Source: Clostridia bacterium (GTDB lineage Bacteria; Bacillota; Clostridia; Christensenellales; UBA1242). Taken from it: DNA of 53,024 nucleotides. The notes beneath the pieces were generated by a model. It was not told the DNA's origin. It worked only from the letters and a program-made list of their open reading frames with translations, and made no database searches. The DNA lies in the NCBI GenBank assembly GCA_017938505.1, contig JAGBBH010000077.1:1-53024 (forward strand), written 5' to 3'. Shown one piece after another: positions 18,607 through 28,511 of the stretch (positions are counted from its first letter, which is position 1; every line of letters begins with the position of its first letter). The translations under genes were made by a program, and so were the position numbers.

Positions 18607-18696
18607 GCAGAGGTGTCCGAGTGGTTTAAGGTGCAGCCCTGGAAAGGCTGTGTGTAAGAAATTGCACCAAGGGTTCAAATCCCTTCCTCTGCGCCA
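18607..18696 (+). tRNA. tRNA-Ser (anticodon GGA), CCA encoded
   Basis: Acceptor GCAGAGG/CCTCTGC. Anticodon stem CAGCC/GGCTG with loop CTGGAAA. Long variable arm (~20 nt). T-arm AAGGG-TTCAAAT-CCCTT. Positions 10 and 25 form an unusual U-U pair. Confidence 0.85.
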
Positions 18697-18717
18697 AAAT
18701 TTTTTAAGGAAAAAAAT

Positions 18718-19278
18718 ATGAAATTTGATAAAATTGTAAAAGAAAATTTGCCATTGGCAATTAGAATTCAACACGACATATTTCCACTTGAAGATGGTTC
18801 TCCCTTTTTGATTTTTAGTGTTGAAAAGAGAGTGGTTTCTCATTTGAATATGCTTGATTATTGGCTTGCATATGAAAATGAAAAGGTCGTTGGAATCGTT
18901 GGACTTTATTCATATGAAGAATACCCAAACGAAGCATGGCTTGGTTGGTTTGGAGTGTTGGAAAATTGTAGAAGAAAAGGGTTTGGCAAAAGAATCTTTG
19001 ATTGGGCAAAGAACGAAGCAATAAAAAGAGGCTTTGAAAATTTGAGGCTTTATACCGACAGAGTTGCGAATGCCGTGGCAGTGAAGTTTTATAAAAAACA
19101 GGGGATGATTGTTGAAGAATATGACAATGCAACAGATTTACATTCGGCAATAGGAAGAACATTGATTTGTTCAATAAGTTTGGCAGGGAATTCTGTTGAC
19201 AAGTGGAGGAGTAAGAGTATATTTTTGAGGCAATTGGAAGATTGTGCGCAAAGTTTAAAAGATAGTGAAAAGATATAA
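18718..19278 (+). CDS. GNAT family N-acetyltransferase
   Basis: Acetyl-CoA binding pattern VLENCRRKGFGKRIF (Q/RxxGxG/A). Confidence 0.75.
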   Translation: MKFDKIVKENLPLAIRIQHDIFPLEDGSPFLIFSVEKRVVSHLNMLDYWLAYENEKVVGIVGLYSYEEYPNEAWLGWFGVLENCRRKGFGKRIFDWAKNEAIKRGFENLRLYTDRVANAVAVKFYKKQGMIVEEYDNATDLHSAIGRTLICSISLAGNSVDKWRSKSIFLRQLEDCAQSLKDSEKI

Positions 19279-19334
19279 TTTATTTCATCTTAAAAAAATT
19301 ATAATTAATTCTGCAATAAATTTTATAGAAAATG

Positions 19335-19373
19335 CAAAAAAAGAAGTCGAAAGTGATTCGACTTCTTTTTTTT
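19335..19373. terminator. Bidirectional terminator between convergent genes
   Basis: GAAGTCGA-N7-TCGACTTC flanked by an A-run and a T-run. Confidence 0.6.
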
Positions 19374-19399
19374 ACGGGATTGTTTTTTTTGTTTATAAA

Positions 19400-19837
19400 T
19401 TATTTTTTTGCCCAAACTTTGTTGAGAATTGCGAAAACCAATGCAGCAACTGCAAAGATTGTGTTCAAGATGCAACCAATTCCAACAGTTGAAGCAAGAA
19501 CAATGATCATAACCATTGTTGCAATTGCGATGATTGCGAAAATGATTGACAAAATGAAGTTTGCTTTGTTCAAGCCAGCGATTGCTTTTTCAGATTTAAC
19601 AACGCCTAAGTCGCCAAGAAGGGCAACGATTGAAATTGCCAAAATTGCGACTGCAAGAACAAGAGTGAAAAGAACTAACAGTGTGAGAATAGTTGTTGTG
19701 ATGTCGCCACTTGCAAGATATGAAATAAATGCAAGAATTTGATATCCAGAAAGTCCTACATAACTTAATGCAAGAAAGATAAGTGTGAAAACAGAGGCAG
19801 CAATAAGGCCAATGTTTGCGATTAATGATTTTTTCAT
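19400..19837 (-). CDS. Hypothetical 4-TM membrane protein
   Basis: Start moved to the internal ATG at 19837 (MKKSLIAN), preceded by GGAGAA. Strongly hydrophobic throughout. Confidence 0.5.
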   Translation of the reverse strand: MKKSLIANIGLIAASVFTLIFLALSYVGLSGYQILAFISYLASGDITTTILTLLVLFTLVLAVAILAISIVALLGDLGVVKSEKAIAGLNKANFILSIIFAIIAIATMVMIIVLASTVGIGCILNTIFAVAALVFAILNKVWAKK

Positions 19838-20036
19838 TTTTTCTCCTTTTTTTCTTTTTAAACAATCCCTGTTCATTTCTAATATACTATAAATTTTTAA
19901 ATTTTACAAACGATTTTCAAAAGTTTCTTAAAAAAATTTTAAATAATTTTTGAAATAACTTTTTTTATTAATATGGTTAACTTTTTTAATAAAAAAATTT
20001 TGTTGTAAAATTTTTAAAAAAATATGTAAATAATAC

Positions 20037-20065
20037 TTGACATTGAATGTTTGCTGTGATATTAT
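20037..20065 (+). promoter_or_regulatory. Promoter TTGACA-N17-(TG-n)TATTAT
   Basis: -35 at 20037-20042, extended -10 at 20057-20065. Confidence 0.45.
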
Positions 20066-20160
20066 TGTGATGTAAACAAAACTTTACATTTGTTTTAATC
20101 CTAATGCGCAGTAGGAGCAAGGCTGATGAAAAATTATGTTTGCAAAAAAAAGGAGGAATT

Positions 20161-20490
20161 GTGGAAAAAGAAGAAATTTTGAGTAAAAGTAAAAAATGCC
20201 TTGTTGGCGAAATGGAAAAACAAAAAACTAATAAGGGCAATTGGATTGCAATTATAATCGCCGGGGTGCTGGCGGTTGCCTTTATGATTGTTGAGGGTGC
20301 ATTAGGGCATTATGCATCAATTTTTGCCATTGGTGCAATTTGTTATGCTTGGGCTTGTGTAATGTATACTTGTCAATATTTTATGGCAAAAAGACCTTGG
20401 CCTGTGCTCATTGGGGCTGTTTTGCACGGAGCGGCCGCTATTGCAATGATTGTGCTTTACATTCTTTCACAGGTGCAAGGCTGGTGGTAA
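20161..20490 (+). CDS. Small membrane protein paired with an XRE regulator
   Basis: GTG at 20161 lies 4 nt after AGGAGG; ATG at 20212 is an alternative start. Three hydrophobic segments. Confidence 0.45.
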   Translation: MEKEEILSKSKKCLVGEMEKQKTNKGNWIAIIIAGVLAVAFMIVEGALGHYASIFAIGAICYAWACVMYTCQYFMAKRPWPVLIGAVLHGAAAIAMIVLYILSQVQGWW

Positions 20491-20491
20491 G

Positions 20492-20698
20492 ATGAACAAC
20501 GATTTGATTTTGCAAAACAACATTAAAAATGTTAGGACAAACAAAGGATTGTCGCAAGAGGTTCTTGCAAAACTTGTGGGGACGACAAGACAAACGATTA
20601 TTGCAATTGAAAAGGGAGTGTTTAACCCTTCGGCAAAACTTGCCCTTTTGCTGTGTGTTGCTCTTGATGAAAAATTTGAAAATTTGTTTTATTTTTAA
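20492..20698 (+). CDS. XRE-family helix-turn-helix transcriptional regulator (68 aa)
   Basis: NIKNVRTNKGLSQEVLAKLVGTTRQTIIAIEKG is a canonical Cro/C1 HTH. The start lies 1 nt after the upstream stop. Confidence 0.8.
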   Translation: MNNDLILQNNIKNVRTNKGLSQEVLAKLVGTTRQTIIAIEKGVFNPSAKLALLLCVALDEKFENLFYF

Positions 20699-20791
20699 GG
20701 GTAAAAGTGTTGAAATTTAAACTTTCAGCACTTTTATTTTGTTATTGTTAAAAGATGTGATATAATAATTTCCTATAAAAGGAGTGGAACT

Positions 20792-22363
20792 ATGACAAAT
20801 GTTGATTTTGCTAAAACTCTTGGAATTAATGAAAAAGAAGTGTTTTATTATTCTCCTCAAATTGCTAAGGTTGAAAATGTAAAAGGCAAAAAGAATGGAA
20901 AACTTGTTCTCGTAACAGCGATGACCTCAAACAAGACAGGCATTGGAAAGACAACAGTTTCAATTGGACTTGCTGATGCTTTGTCTATGCTTGGAGAAAG
21001 TACATTGCTGGCATTGAGAGAACCTTCAATGGGGCCAGTTTTTGGCATTAAGGGTGGAGCAACTGGTGGCGGAAAAAGTTTGATAGTTCCAAGTGATGAA
21101 ATAAATTTGCATTTCACCGGAGATTTTTATGCAATTGCACAAGCAAACAATCTTCTTTCTTCCATTATTGACAATCACATTTTTCAGGGAAATGAGTTAA
21201 GAATTAACCCTCAAAAGATTTTTTTTAAAAGATGCCTTGACTTAAACGACAGGTGTTTGAGAGAGATTTCTTATTGTATAAAAGGTAAAGAGGTAAAAAC
21301 GGGTTTCAATATTACGGCGGCAAGTGAAGTTATGGCAATTTTGTGTTTGAGTGAAACACTAAAGGATTTAAAAAACAATTTGGGAAACATTTTGGTTGCG
21401 GAAAATGAAGCAGGTGAGCCAATTTTTGCTAAAGATTTGAATGTTCAAGAGGCAATGACAATTTTGCTTCAGTCTGCATTTAGACCTAATGTTGTTCAAA
21501 CCTTGGAAGGAACTGCTGCACTTGTTCATCTTGGTCCATTTGCAAACATTGCTCACGGTTGTAACAGTGTTGTGGCAACAAAATTTGCATTGTCGCACGC
21601 CGATTATTGCATAACGGAAAGTGGGTTCGGAAGCGACCTTGGTGCGGAGAAGTTTATTGACATAAAATCCAGGGTTATGAACAAATTTCCAGATGTGGTT
21701 GTGCTTGTCATTGTGGTCAAGGTTATAAAAGAGCACGGAAGCGGAAATTTGCAAGTTGGGTTTGAAAATGTTAAGAGGCATATTGAAAACTTGCAGAATG
21801 TGTTTAAAGCAAATGTTGTTGTCGCGATAAACAAACATTCAGATGATACAGAAGATGACCTTGAGTGTCTTAAAAATTGGTGTCAAAATTTGGGAGTTAC
21901 AACAGAAGTTTCTCAAGGGTATGAAAAAGGTGGCAAAGGGTGTCTTAATCTTGCTGAAAGTGTTGTTAAGCAAGCAAAGAAAGGAAACAAAATGCAATTT
22001 TGTTATGATTTGTCTGATAGCATTAAAGAAAAAATTGAGAAGATTGCTGTTAAAGTTTATGGTGCCGGCAGAGTTAGTTTTAGCAGGGAAGCGGAAGAAA
22101 AAATTCAAAAAGCAACGGAATGGGGATTTGGGAACTTTTTTGTCAATATTGCAAAAACACAGTTTTCTTTTTCTGATGACAAAAATCTTTTGGGAGCACC
22201 AAAAGGTTTTGAATTTAAGATTACGGACATTGAAATTAGAAGCGGGGCAAAGACAATTGTCGCAATTGCGGGGAATATGCTTCTTATGCCGGGACTTGCA
22301 AAGAATTCAAATTATCTTGATATGCATATTGACGAAAATGGCAATGTGTCCGGAATTGTTTAA
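20792..22363 (+). CDS. fhs: Formate--tetrahydrofolate ligase
   Basis: GIGKTTVSIGL P-loop, LREPSMGPVFGIKGGATGGG, INLHFTGDFYAI, DNHIFQGN and NDRCLR are all FTHFS hallmarks. Confidence 0.9.
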   Translation: MTNVDFAKTLGINEKEVFYYSPQIAKVENVKGKKNGKLVLVTAMTSNKTGIGKTTVSIGLADALSMLGESTLLALREPSMGPVFGIKGGATGGGKSLIVPSDEINLHFTGDFYAIAQANNLLSSIIDNHIFQGNELRINPQKIFFKRCLDLNDRCLREISYCIKGKEVKTGFNITAASEVMAILCLSETLKDLKNNLGNILVAENEAGEPIFAKDLNVQEAMTILLQSAFRPNVVQTLEGTAALVHLGPFANIAHGCNSVVATKFALSHADYCITESGFGSDLGAEKFIDIKSRVMNKFPDVVVLVIVVKVIKEHGSGNLQVGFENVKRHIENLQNVFKANVVVAINKHSDDTEDDLECLKNWCQNLGVTTEVSQGYEKGGKGCLNLAESVVKQAKKGNKMQFCYDLSDSIKEKIEKIAVKVYGAGRVSFSREAEEKIQKATEWGFGNFFVNIAKTQFSFSDDKNLLGAPKGFEFKITDIEIRSGAKTIVAIAGNMLLMPGLAKNSNYLDMHIDENGNVSGIV

Positions 22364-22423
22364 GGCAAAAGAAAATGTTGTTAAGAACATAAATGTGCAA
22401 AGTAAAAAATAAAGCGTTGTAGT

Positions 22424-23482
22424 TTAAACTTTGTTTCGAAAAAACTGTTCGTTGAAGACAACAGAAGGATGTTTTGGGCGAATGGCTTTTGCCTTTTCAT
22501 GAAAGAACTTTGCCTTGCAAAAATCTATGAAAAAATATAACCTAGACAATTCAAGGAAAGGAATGAATTGTTCATAGTCTTTTTGCACGAAACCAAAGGT
22601 TTGCTTTTCACAAATTAAAGCACTTTCATACCAAAAGAGTGCGTTTGGAATGTTTTTGTTGAGTTCAAAAAGGTTGGCGAGTTTGCAACACAGTTCGGCT
22701 GTTGGGGTATGCGATTTTATATAGTTATGAAAAACATTTATGGCATTTTCTATTTGATTTTTGTTCTTCAAACAATCGCCAAGCAATAATACGGCACCAA
22801 GATGGTCTGCCTCGAAAAGGTTTGGTTGCTTAAGAAAAACTTTTAAATTTTTTATTGCAGAAGAAATGTGGGAGTTGTAGTATAATTCTCTTGCATAGTA
22901 ATATTGCTCACGAGGGGAGAAACGAACTCCTCTTTTTTTTGCCTTTTGGTAAAGTCTTAAATTGCGTTTTGGGTCAGAAATTCTCTCTTTTCGGTGCTCA
23001 ATTGTTATGTCGCATTGTTCAATTTTCCCAGAAGGGGTTATTGCCTCGTGAACAAAACCTTGCCACTTAAAGTTGCAGGTCCGTTTTAAAAGGCGTTCTC
23101 TTTGATAGACAAAGGTTGGGTTGTTGTTCTCATCAAATGTGGTTGCATAGTTGAACATAAATACATCTGCGGAAGCGGTTGTTTTTTTTAATTTAACAAT
23201 TTTTTCTATTTCTTTTTGTGAGATAAAATCATCAGCATCAAGCCACATTTGATAGTCGCAAGTTGCATGCTCAAAAGCATAATTTCTTGCATTGGAGAAA
23301 TTGTCGTTCCACCTGAAAGAAAAAACTTTGTCAGTGTAAGAAAGTGCAATTTCTTTTGTTGTATCTGTTGACCCTGTGTCAACAATAATTATTTCATCAC
23401 AAAATTGCTTGGCACAGTTTAAAATCCTTGGCAATGTTTGACTTTCATTTTTGACAATCATACATAAACTTATTGTAAACAT
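22424..23482 (-). CDS. Family 2 glycosyltransferase with a C-terminal TPR-like region
   Basis: N-terminal ISLCMIVKNES...IIIVDTGSTDTT and the DADD motif. Helical-repeat C-terminus. Confidence 0.75.
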   Translation of the reverse strand: MFTISLCMIVKNESQTLPRILNCAKQFCDEIIIVDTGSTDTTKEIALSYTDKVFSFRWNDNFSNARNYAFEHATCDYQMWLDADDFISQKEIEKIVKLKKTTASADVFMFNYATTFDENNNPTFVYQRERLLKRTCNFKWQGFVHEAITPSGKIEQCDITIEHRKERISDPKRNLRLYQKAKKRGVRFSPREQYYYARELYYNSHISSAIKNLKVFLKQPNLFEADHLGAVLLLGDCLKNKNQIENAINVFHNYIKSHTPTAELCCKLANLFELNKNIPNALFWYESALICEKQTFGFVQKDYEQFIPFLELSRLYFFIDFCKAKFFHEKAKAIRPKHPSVVFNEQFFRNKV

Positions 23483-23643
23483 TTACACCTCGAAAAATCT
23501 TTTGTATTTTTATGCTGAATATATAATGCTATTTTATGAAAATTTTGTTTTTTTTGTTAAGGTTTGCTTTTGTAAATTTTAAAATTTGTTTGCATAAAGG
23601 CGGGAGAGTGTGATAGACTTAAAACAATGATGAGAGGTGAACT

Positions 23644-24525
23644 ATGAAAGATGATTGCGTTTTTTGCAAAATTATCTCTGGAGAAATTCCAAGTTATAAA
23701 ATTTATGAAGACGACTTTTGTATGGCATTTTTAGACATTTCAAACGATTTGTATGGACACACACTTGTTGTTTCAAAAAAACATTATGAAAATTTAATGG
23801 AATGTGATAGCCATACTTTGACAAAAATCTTGGAAACTTGCAAACTTGTTGGAAAACATTATGTTGAAAATTGTGGATTTGACGGTTTTAACATTTTAAA
23901 CAATTGTGGAGAAGCCGCAGAACAATCTGTTATGCATATTCATTTCCATATTTTGCCAAGAAAGAAAAAAGACGGATTTAAGGTTTTTCCAAATTTAGGA
24001 GAAAGCAAAATCAAGATTGATAAAGCGTGCAAAAAATTAAAAATAGAAGAACCAAAAGCGACAAAAGATGTTTACACAAAAGGGGATTGTGTCGTTGCAT
24101 ACACTGACGGTGCTTGTTCTGGCAACCCTGGGGCTGGCGGTTGGGCAGCCATTTTGACTTATAAGGGTAAAGAAAAAATCATAACTGGGGGAGAAAAAGA
24201 TACGACAAACAATCGAATGGAACTTATGGGGGCTATTGGTGCTTTAGAGAGTGTTAATGGCAAGGTTAAAAAAGTTAAACTTGTCAGCGACAGTGCTTAT
24301 GTTGTCAATTGTTTTAATCAGGGTTGGATGGATAAGTGGCTTAAAAACAATTGGAAGAACAGCAGTGGAGACCCTGTGCTTAACCAAGATTTGTGGCAAA
24401 GACTGCTTAAAGCAAAAGAGAAATTTGATGTTGAATTTATTAAAGTTAAGGGACATGCAGACAACGAAAACAACAATCGTTGTGATGCTTTGGCGAGAAA
24501 CGAAATTGCAAAATTGGAGGACTAA
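23644..24525 (+). CDS. HIT-family nucleotide hydrolase fused to RNase HI
   Basis: The N-terminal half has CVFCKI...HIHFHILPR (histidine triad). The C-terminal half has YTDGACSGNPGAGGWA, NNRMEL, VSDS and KGHADNENNNRCDALA (RNase H DEDD core). Confidence 0.8.
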   Translation: MKDDCVFCKIISGEIPSYKIYEDDFCMAFLDISNDLYGHTLVVSKKHYENLMECDSHTLTKILETCKLVGKHYVENCGFDGFNILNNCGEAAEQSVMHIHFHILPRKKKDGFKVFPNLGESKIKIDKACKKLKIEEPKATKDVYTKGDCVVAYTDGACSGNPGAGGWAAILTYKGKEKIITGGEKDTTNNRMELMGAIGALESVNGKVKKVKLVSDSAYVVNCFNQGWMDKWLKNNWKNSSGDPVLNQDLWQRLLKAKEKFDVEFIKVKGHADNENNNRCDALARNEIAKLED

Positions 24526-24545
24526 AAAGTTCTCCTTTTTTTTTG

Positions 24546-25514
24546 TTAAATGCCAAAAAGAAAAAGCAAAATAACTGTTATGATGCAAGAGAATGTTGCG
24601 TGTAGAATTTTTTGAAAAACAAACAATTTGACAGGCATTTTGACTTTTTCTAACATTGTTACTGATTGCACAATTGTTGAGATTCCTCCAAAACTTATTA
24701 TGAAAGATGTGAGTGTGGTGGCTAAAAATGGGTAGGGCAATTGTGCAAGTTCAAAGCAACCTTTTGTTATTTCTATAGTTCCTTGAAAAAAAGCGGAAAG
24801 TGGCGGAGAAAACAAATAAAATAGCGGGGCAAAACATTCGATAACTACAAAGAAAATTGTGATTATGCAACCAACAGACAAAATGGAAAAGGTTGAGTTT
24901 GTTATGATGTCAGAGAGGCTTGTGCTTTGGAGGGGTGTGGGGACTTGACTTTCGTTTCTTGTTGTTTCCGTCTTGCTTTTTAGTTTAAAGTTGCGAAAGG
25001 CAATTCCGTTTATCAAAGCGCCAACAAGATGGCTAATGAACAAAATGTAACCAATTTTTGAACTTTTGAACATACCAATTCCAACTGCTCCAACAATGAA
25101 CATTGGGCCAGAGGTTGAACAAAATGAAGTCATTTTAAATGCTTCTTCTTGAGTTATTTTCCTTTGGATATAAAGGTCTGCAACCATTTTTGAACCAACG
25201 GGATATCCCGACAAAATTGCCATTAGAAATGTGTAGGCGGAAATGGGTGGTGTTTTGAAAAGTTTCTTGCAAACTTTTGAAAATGGTTTTGTTATAGTGG
25301 GCATACAGTCAAGAGAAGAAAGAAGTTTTGTGAAAAACATAAAAGGTAAAATGCTTGGAAGAACATTTAAACTCCACGCAGAAATTCCGTTTAGTGCTTG
25401 AGATATGAATTTTGCAGGCGAAAGAAGCATACAAAACAAAATAAATAATATAAGAATTGTTGCAAGAAAGTTCATTGAAACTTGTCCTTTTGTTTTGACA
25501 GTTAAATTTTTCAA
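24546..25514 (-). CDS. Nucleoside-recognition (Gate) domain membrane protein, YlbJ/SpmA-like
   Basis: Polytopic protein. TTG start 5 nt after GGAG. The family assignment is from general resemblance only. Confidence 0.5.
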   Translation of the reverse strand: MKNLTVKTKGQVSMNFLATILILFILFCMLLSPAKFISQALNGISAWSLNVLPSILPFMFFTKLLSSLDCMPTITKPFSKVCKKLFKTPPISAYTFLMAILSGYPVGSKMVADLYIQRKITQEEAFKMTSFCSTSGPMFIVGAVGIGMFKSSKIGYILFISHLVGALINGIAFRNFKLKSKTETTRNESQVPTPLQSTSLSDIITNSTFSILSVGCIITIFFVVIECFAPLFYLFSPPLSAFFQGTIEITKGCFELAQLPYPFLATTLTSFIISFGGISTIVQSVTMLEKVKMPVKLFVFQKILHATFSCIITVILLFLFGI

Positions 25515-25676
25515 ATTATGCTCCGTTTTGTTTGACTTTAAAAGGGTATTATTTTATAATTAAATAGAAATCTCTTGTTTTTAGAGGTTTGAATTTGCTG
25601 TGAAAATATTGATGTTTTTAATTCAAGCAAAGTCCTTTGGAGATTTTGTATATTATATTTTTTTGAGTGAGGGATT

Positions 25677-26684
25677 ATGTTTAAGATTGAGAAGTTGATT
25701 GAACAGGCTAAGAAAAAACAAAAAACAATTGTTTTTCCAGAAGCAAGTTTTTCAGATAGAACCGTTGAAGCAGTTAAAATTTTGCAAAAGAAAAAAATAG
25801 TTAAGGTTTTGTTGGTTGGAGATGCAAGCGCACTTATTTTGAGAGATAAGATTTTTGAGAAATTTGACATTGTCAATCCAGTTACATTTCCTGACAGGGC
25901 AAAACTTGTGAAAACTCTTTACGAAAAAAGAAAAGAGAAGGGAATGACTTTGGAACAAGCTGATGAACTTGAAAAAGACCCATATTATTTTGCAACACTT
26001 CTTGTTGAATGTGGTTATGCTGATGGTATGGTTGCAGGTGCAGAAGCATCTACAGCATCAACTGTTAGACCCGCACTTCAAATCATTAAGGCAAAAAACA
26101 AAAAAGACCCAGTTTCTTCTTGTTTCTTGGTTTATGGCAAAAACAAATTCTTGAAAAATGAAGCATTGATTTTGTCAGATTGTGGAGTTCTTGAAAATCC
26201 AGACAGCGACACTTTGTGTGCAATTGCAACTCAAAGTGTTAAGTCCGCACAAAATTTTGGTCTTGAACCTAAAGTTGCATTTTTGTCTTATTCAACAAAA
26301 GGCAGTGCAAAAGGCGAAAATGTTGACAAGGTTAGAGTCGCATTTGAAAAGTTTAAGAAAAAAGAAAAAAATGTTGTGTGTGATGGTGAACTTCAATTTG
26401 ACGCGGCAATGGTTCCGACTGTTGCAAATCAAAAGGCAAAAGACAGTCCTCTCAAGGGCAACGCTAATGTGTTGATTTTTCCAGACCTTGAGGCCGGAAA
26501 CATTTGTTATAAAGCAATTCAATATGTTGGTGGAGTAAATGCTGTTGGACCAATTTTGCAAGGGTTGAAGAAACCTGTCAATGACCTCTCTCGTGGGTGT
26601 TCGGTTAATGACATTGTTGTTGTAAGTGCTTTGACTGCACTTCAATGTGAAGATAAAGAAGACAAAAAAGAAAAAGGAGAATAA
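25677..26684 (+). CDS. pta: Phosphate acetyltransferase
   Basis: IVFPEASFSDRTVEAV, the SDCGV region and PDLEAGNICYK. Lies directly upstream of ackA. Confidence 0.9.
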   Translation: MFKIEKLIEQAKKKQKTIVFPEASFSDRTVEAVKILQKKKIVKVLLVGDASALILRDKIFEKFDIVNPVTFPDRAKLVKTLYEKRKEKGMTLEQADELEKDPYYFATLLVECGYADGMVAGAEASTASTVRPALQIIKAKNKKDPVSSCFLVYGKNKFLKNEALILSDCGVLENPDSDTLCAIATQSVKSAQNFGLEPKVAFLSYSTKGSAKGENVDKVRVAFEKFKKKEKNVVCDGELQFDAAMVPTVANQKAKDSPLKGNANVLIFPDLEAGNICYKAIQYVGGVNAVGPILQGLKKPVNDLSRGCSVNDIVVVSALTALQCEDKEDKKEKGE

Positions 26685-26686
26685 TT

Positions 26687-27898
26687 ATGAAAATTTTGGT
26701 TGTTAATGCAGGAAGTTCATCACTTAAATATCAACTTCTTGATATGGAAACAGAAAAAGTTATCGCAAAAGGAAATTGTGAAAGAGTTGGTCTTTCTGAA
26801 CCTTTCATCGTTTATAAGCACGACGGAAAGGAAATGAGATTTGCAGGAGCAAAAGACCACGAAGACGCAATTGCAAAAGTTCTTGCAATTTTGACAAATC
26901 CAGAATATGGTGTTGTTAAGAGTTTGGAAGAAATCGAGGCTGTTGGGCATCGTGTGCTTCACGGTGGGGAGATTTATAAAAATTCAATTCTTATTACGGA
27001 AGAATCTATTACAGAAATGGAAAAACTTGTTCCACTTGGACCACTTCACATGCCTCCAAACATTGCAGGAGTGCGTGCTTGCCAAGTTGCTATGCCAAAT
27101 GTGCCACAAGTTGCAGTTTTTGACACGGCTTTTCATGCAACTATGCCAGAAAAAGCATTTATGTATGCAATTCAATATGAAGATTATGAAAAATATCACA
27201 TAAGAAAATATGGTTTCCATGGTTCAAGCCACAGATTTATCACTCTTGAAACCGCAAAAATCCTTGGAAAGCCTGTTGATAAGGTTAAACTTGTTATTGC
27301 TCACATTGGAAATGGTTCAAGCATTACTGCTGTTGAAAATGGCAAAAGTGTTGACACAACAATGGGCTTGACACCGCTTCAAGGTATGGTTATGGGAACA
27401 AGAAGCGGTGATATTGATGCATCTGTTGTTCAATATCTTTGCAAGAACAAGAACATTTCTGTTGATGAAGCAATCAATTACCTCAACAAGAAAAGTGGTG
27501 TGCTTGGTGTAACAGGAGTTGACAGCGATATGAGAACTGTTGAAAAGGGTGCTGCAGAAGGTAATGCTAGATGCAGACTTGCTCTTGATATGGTTGCTTA
27601 CACTGCAAGAAAACACATTGGAAGTTATTTGGCGGTGCTTAATGGTGCAGATGCTATTGTGTTTACTGGTGGCGTTGGTGAAAACGGTGCAGAAACAAGA
27701 GAAGATATCATTAGCGGAATGGAAAACTTGGGAGTTGTTCTTGATAAAGAAAAAAATGCGAACTTCAAGAGAGGCGAAGTAACTCTCATTTCTGCAGACA
27801 ATTCAAAAGTTAAGATTTATGTTGTTCCAACAAATGAAGAACTTATGATGGCTAGGGACACAAAAGAAATCGTTGAAAATTTAAAAAAATCTAAATAA
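26687..27898 (+). CDS. ackA: Acetate kinase
   Basis: KILVVNAGSSSLKYQL, GHRVLHGG, FDTAFH and the VPTNEE-type C-terminus. Confidence 0.95.
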   Translation: MKILVVNAGSSSLKYQLLDMETEKVIAKGNCERVGLSEPFIVYKHDGKEMRFAGAKDHEDAIAKVLAILTNPEYGVVKSLEEIEAVGHRVLHGGEIYKNSILITEESITEMEKLVPLGPLHMPPNIAGVRACQVAMPNVPQVAVFDTAFHATMPEKAFMYAIQYEDYEKYHIRKYGFHGSSHRFITLETAKILGKPVDKVKLVIAHIGNGSSITAVENGKSVDTTMGLTPLQGMVMGTRSGDIDASVVQYLCKNKNISVDEAINYLNKKSGVLGVTGVDSDMRTVEKGAAEGNARCRLALDMVAYTARKHIGSYLAVLNGADAIVFTGGVGENGAETREDIISGMENLGVVLDKEKNANFKRGEVTLISADNSKVKIYVVPTNEELMMARDTKEIVENLKKSK

Positions 27899-27901
27899 AA
27901 C

Positions 27902-27930
27902 TTGACAAATGCTTTTGTTTGAGTTAAAAT
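27902..27930 (+). promoter_or_regulatory. Promoter TTGACA-N17-TAAAAT upstream of rpmF
   Basis: -35 at 27902-27907, -10 at 27925-27930. Shares the 16-mer CTTGACAAATGCTTTT with the rplM promoter. Confidence 0.5.
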
Positions 27931-28005
27931 ATATCAGCATTAGTTAAGATTTAACGAAAAACACGCTTTTTCGTAGTTCTTAAAATATTTAAAAGGAGAA
28001 TTAAA

Positions 28006-28197
28006 ATGGCTGTTCCAAAGGGTAAGGTTTCGAAAGAAAGAAAACACACAAGAAATTCTGCAAACTTTAAAGCAGAAGCTCCAACACTTGTTGAGTGTCC
28101 AAAGTGTCACGAATTGAAAGCTCCACACGCTGTTTGCAAAAACTGTGGAACTTACAAAAACAAGACAGTTGTTGAAGATAAGAAAAAGAAAAACTAA
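28006..28197 (+). CDS. rpmF: 50S ribosomal protein L32
   Basis: MAVPKGKVSKERK N-terminus and a CPKC...CKNC zinc ribbon. Confidence 0.9.
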   Translation: MAVPKGKVSKERKHTRNSANFKAEAPTLVECPKCHELKAPHAVCKNCGTYKNKTVVEDKKKKN

Positions 28198-28214
28198 TTT
28201 TTTCAAAAAAAGAG

Positions 28215-28238
28215 GTCGAGAATGTTTCTCGACTTTTT
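28215..28238 (+). terminator. Rho-independent terminator after rpmF
   Basis: GTCGAGA-N5-TCTCGAC followed by T5. Confidence 0.65.
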
Positions 28239-28511
28239 CATTTTTAGATTTGGGTCGAAAAAATTGGAAAATGGTTTTATAAAAACTTTTAATTTTTGAT
28301 TTTTTTGTGTTATTGAGAAAAATAATTGCAAAAACAAGGGTTTTTAGGTCTATTCTTTTGACTTTTACCTTGTTTTTTTGTTATATTGATTATGGAATAA
28401 TACTTATTCGTAGGCAAAAAGCAAAAGTTTGGTTTGCTTTGTTGCTTTTATGTTTAATTTTTACTGACTATGGCATTTTGTGAAATTACAAAATTTGATT
28501 GAGGGGTTTTT

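Noticed and set aside
18490-18843. 117-aa minus-strand ORF
   Set aside because: It runs antisense through the tRNA-Ser gene and the GNAT start, which is not plausible coding sequence.
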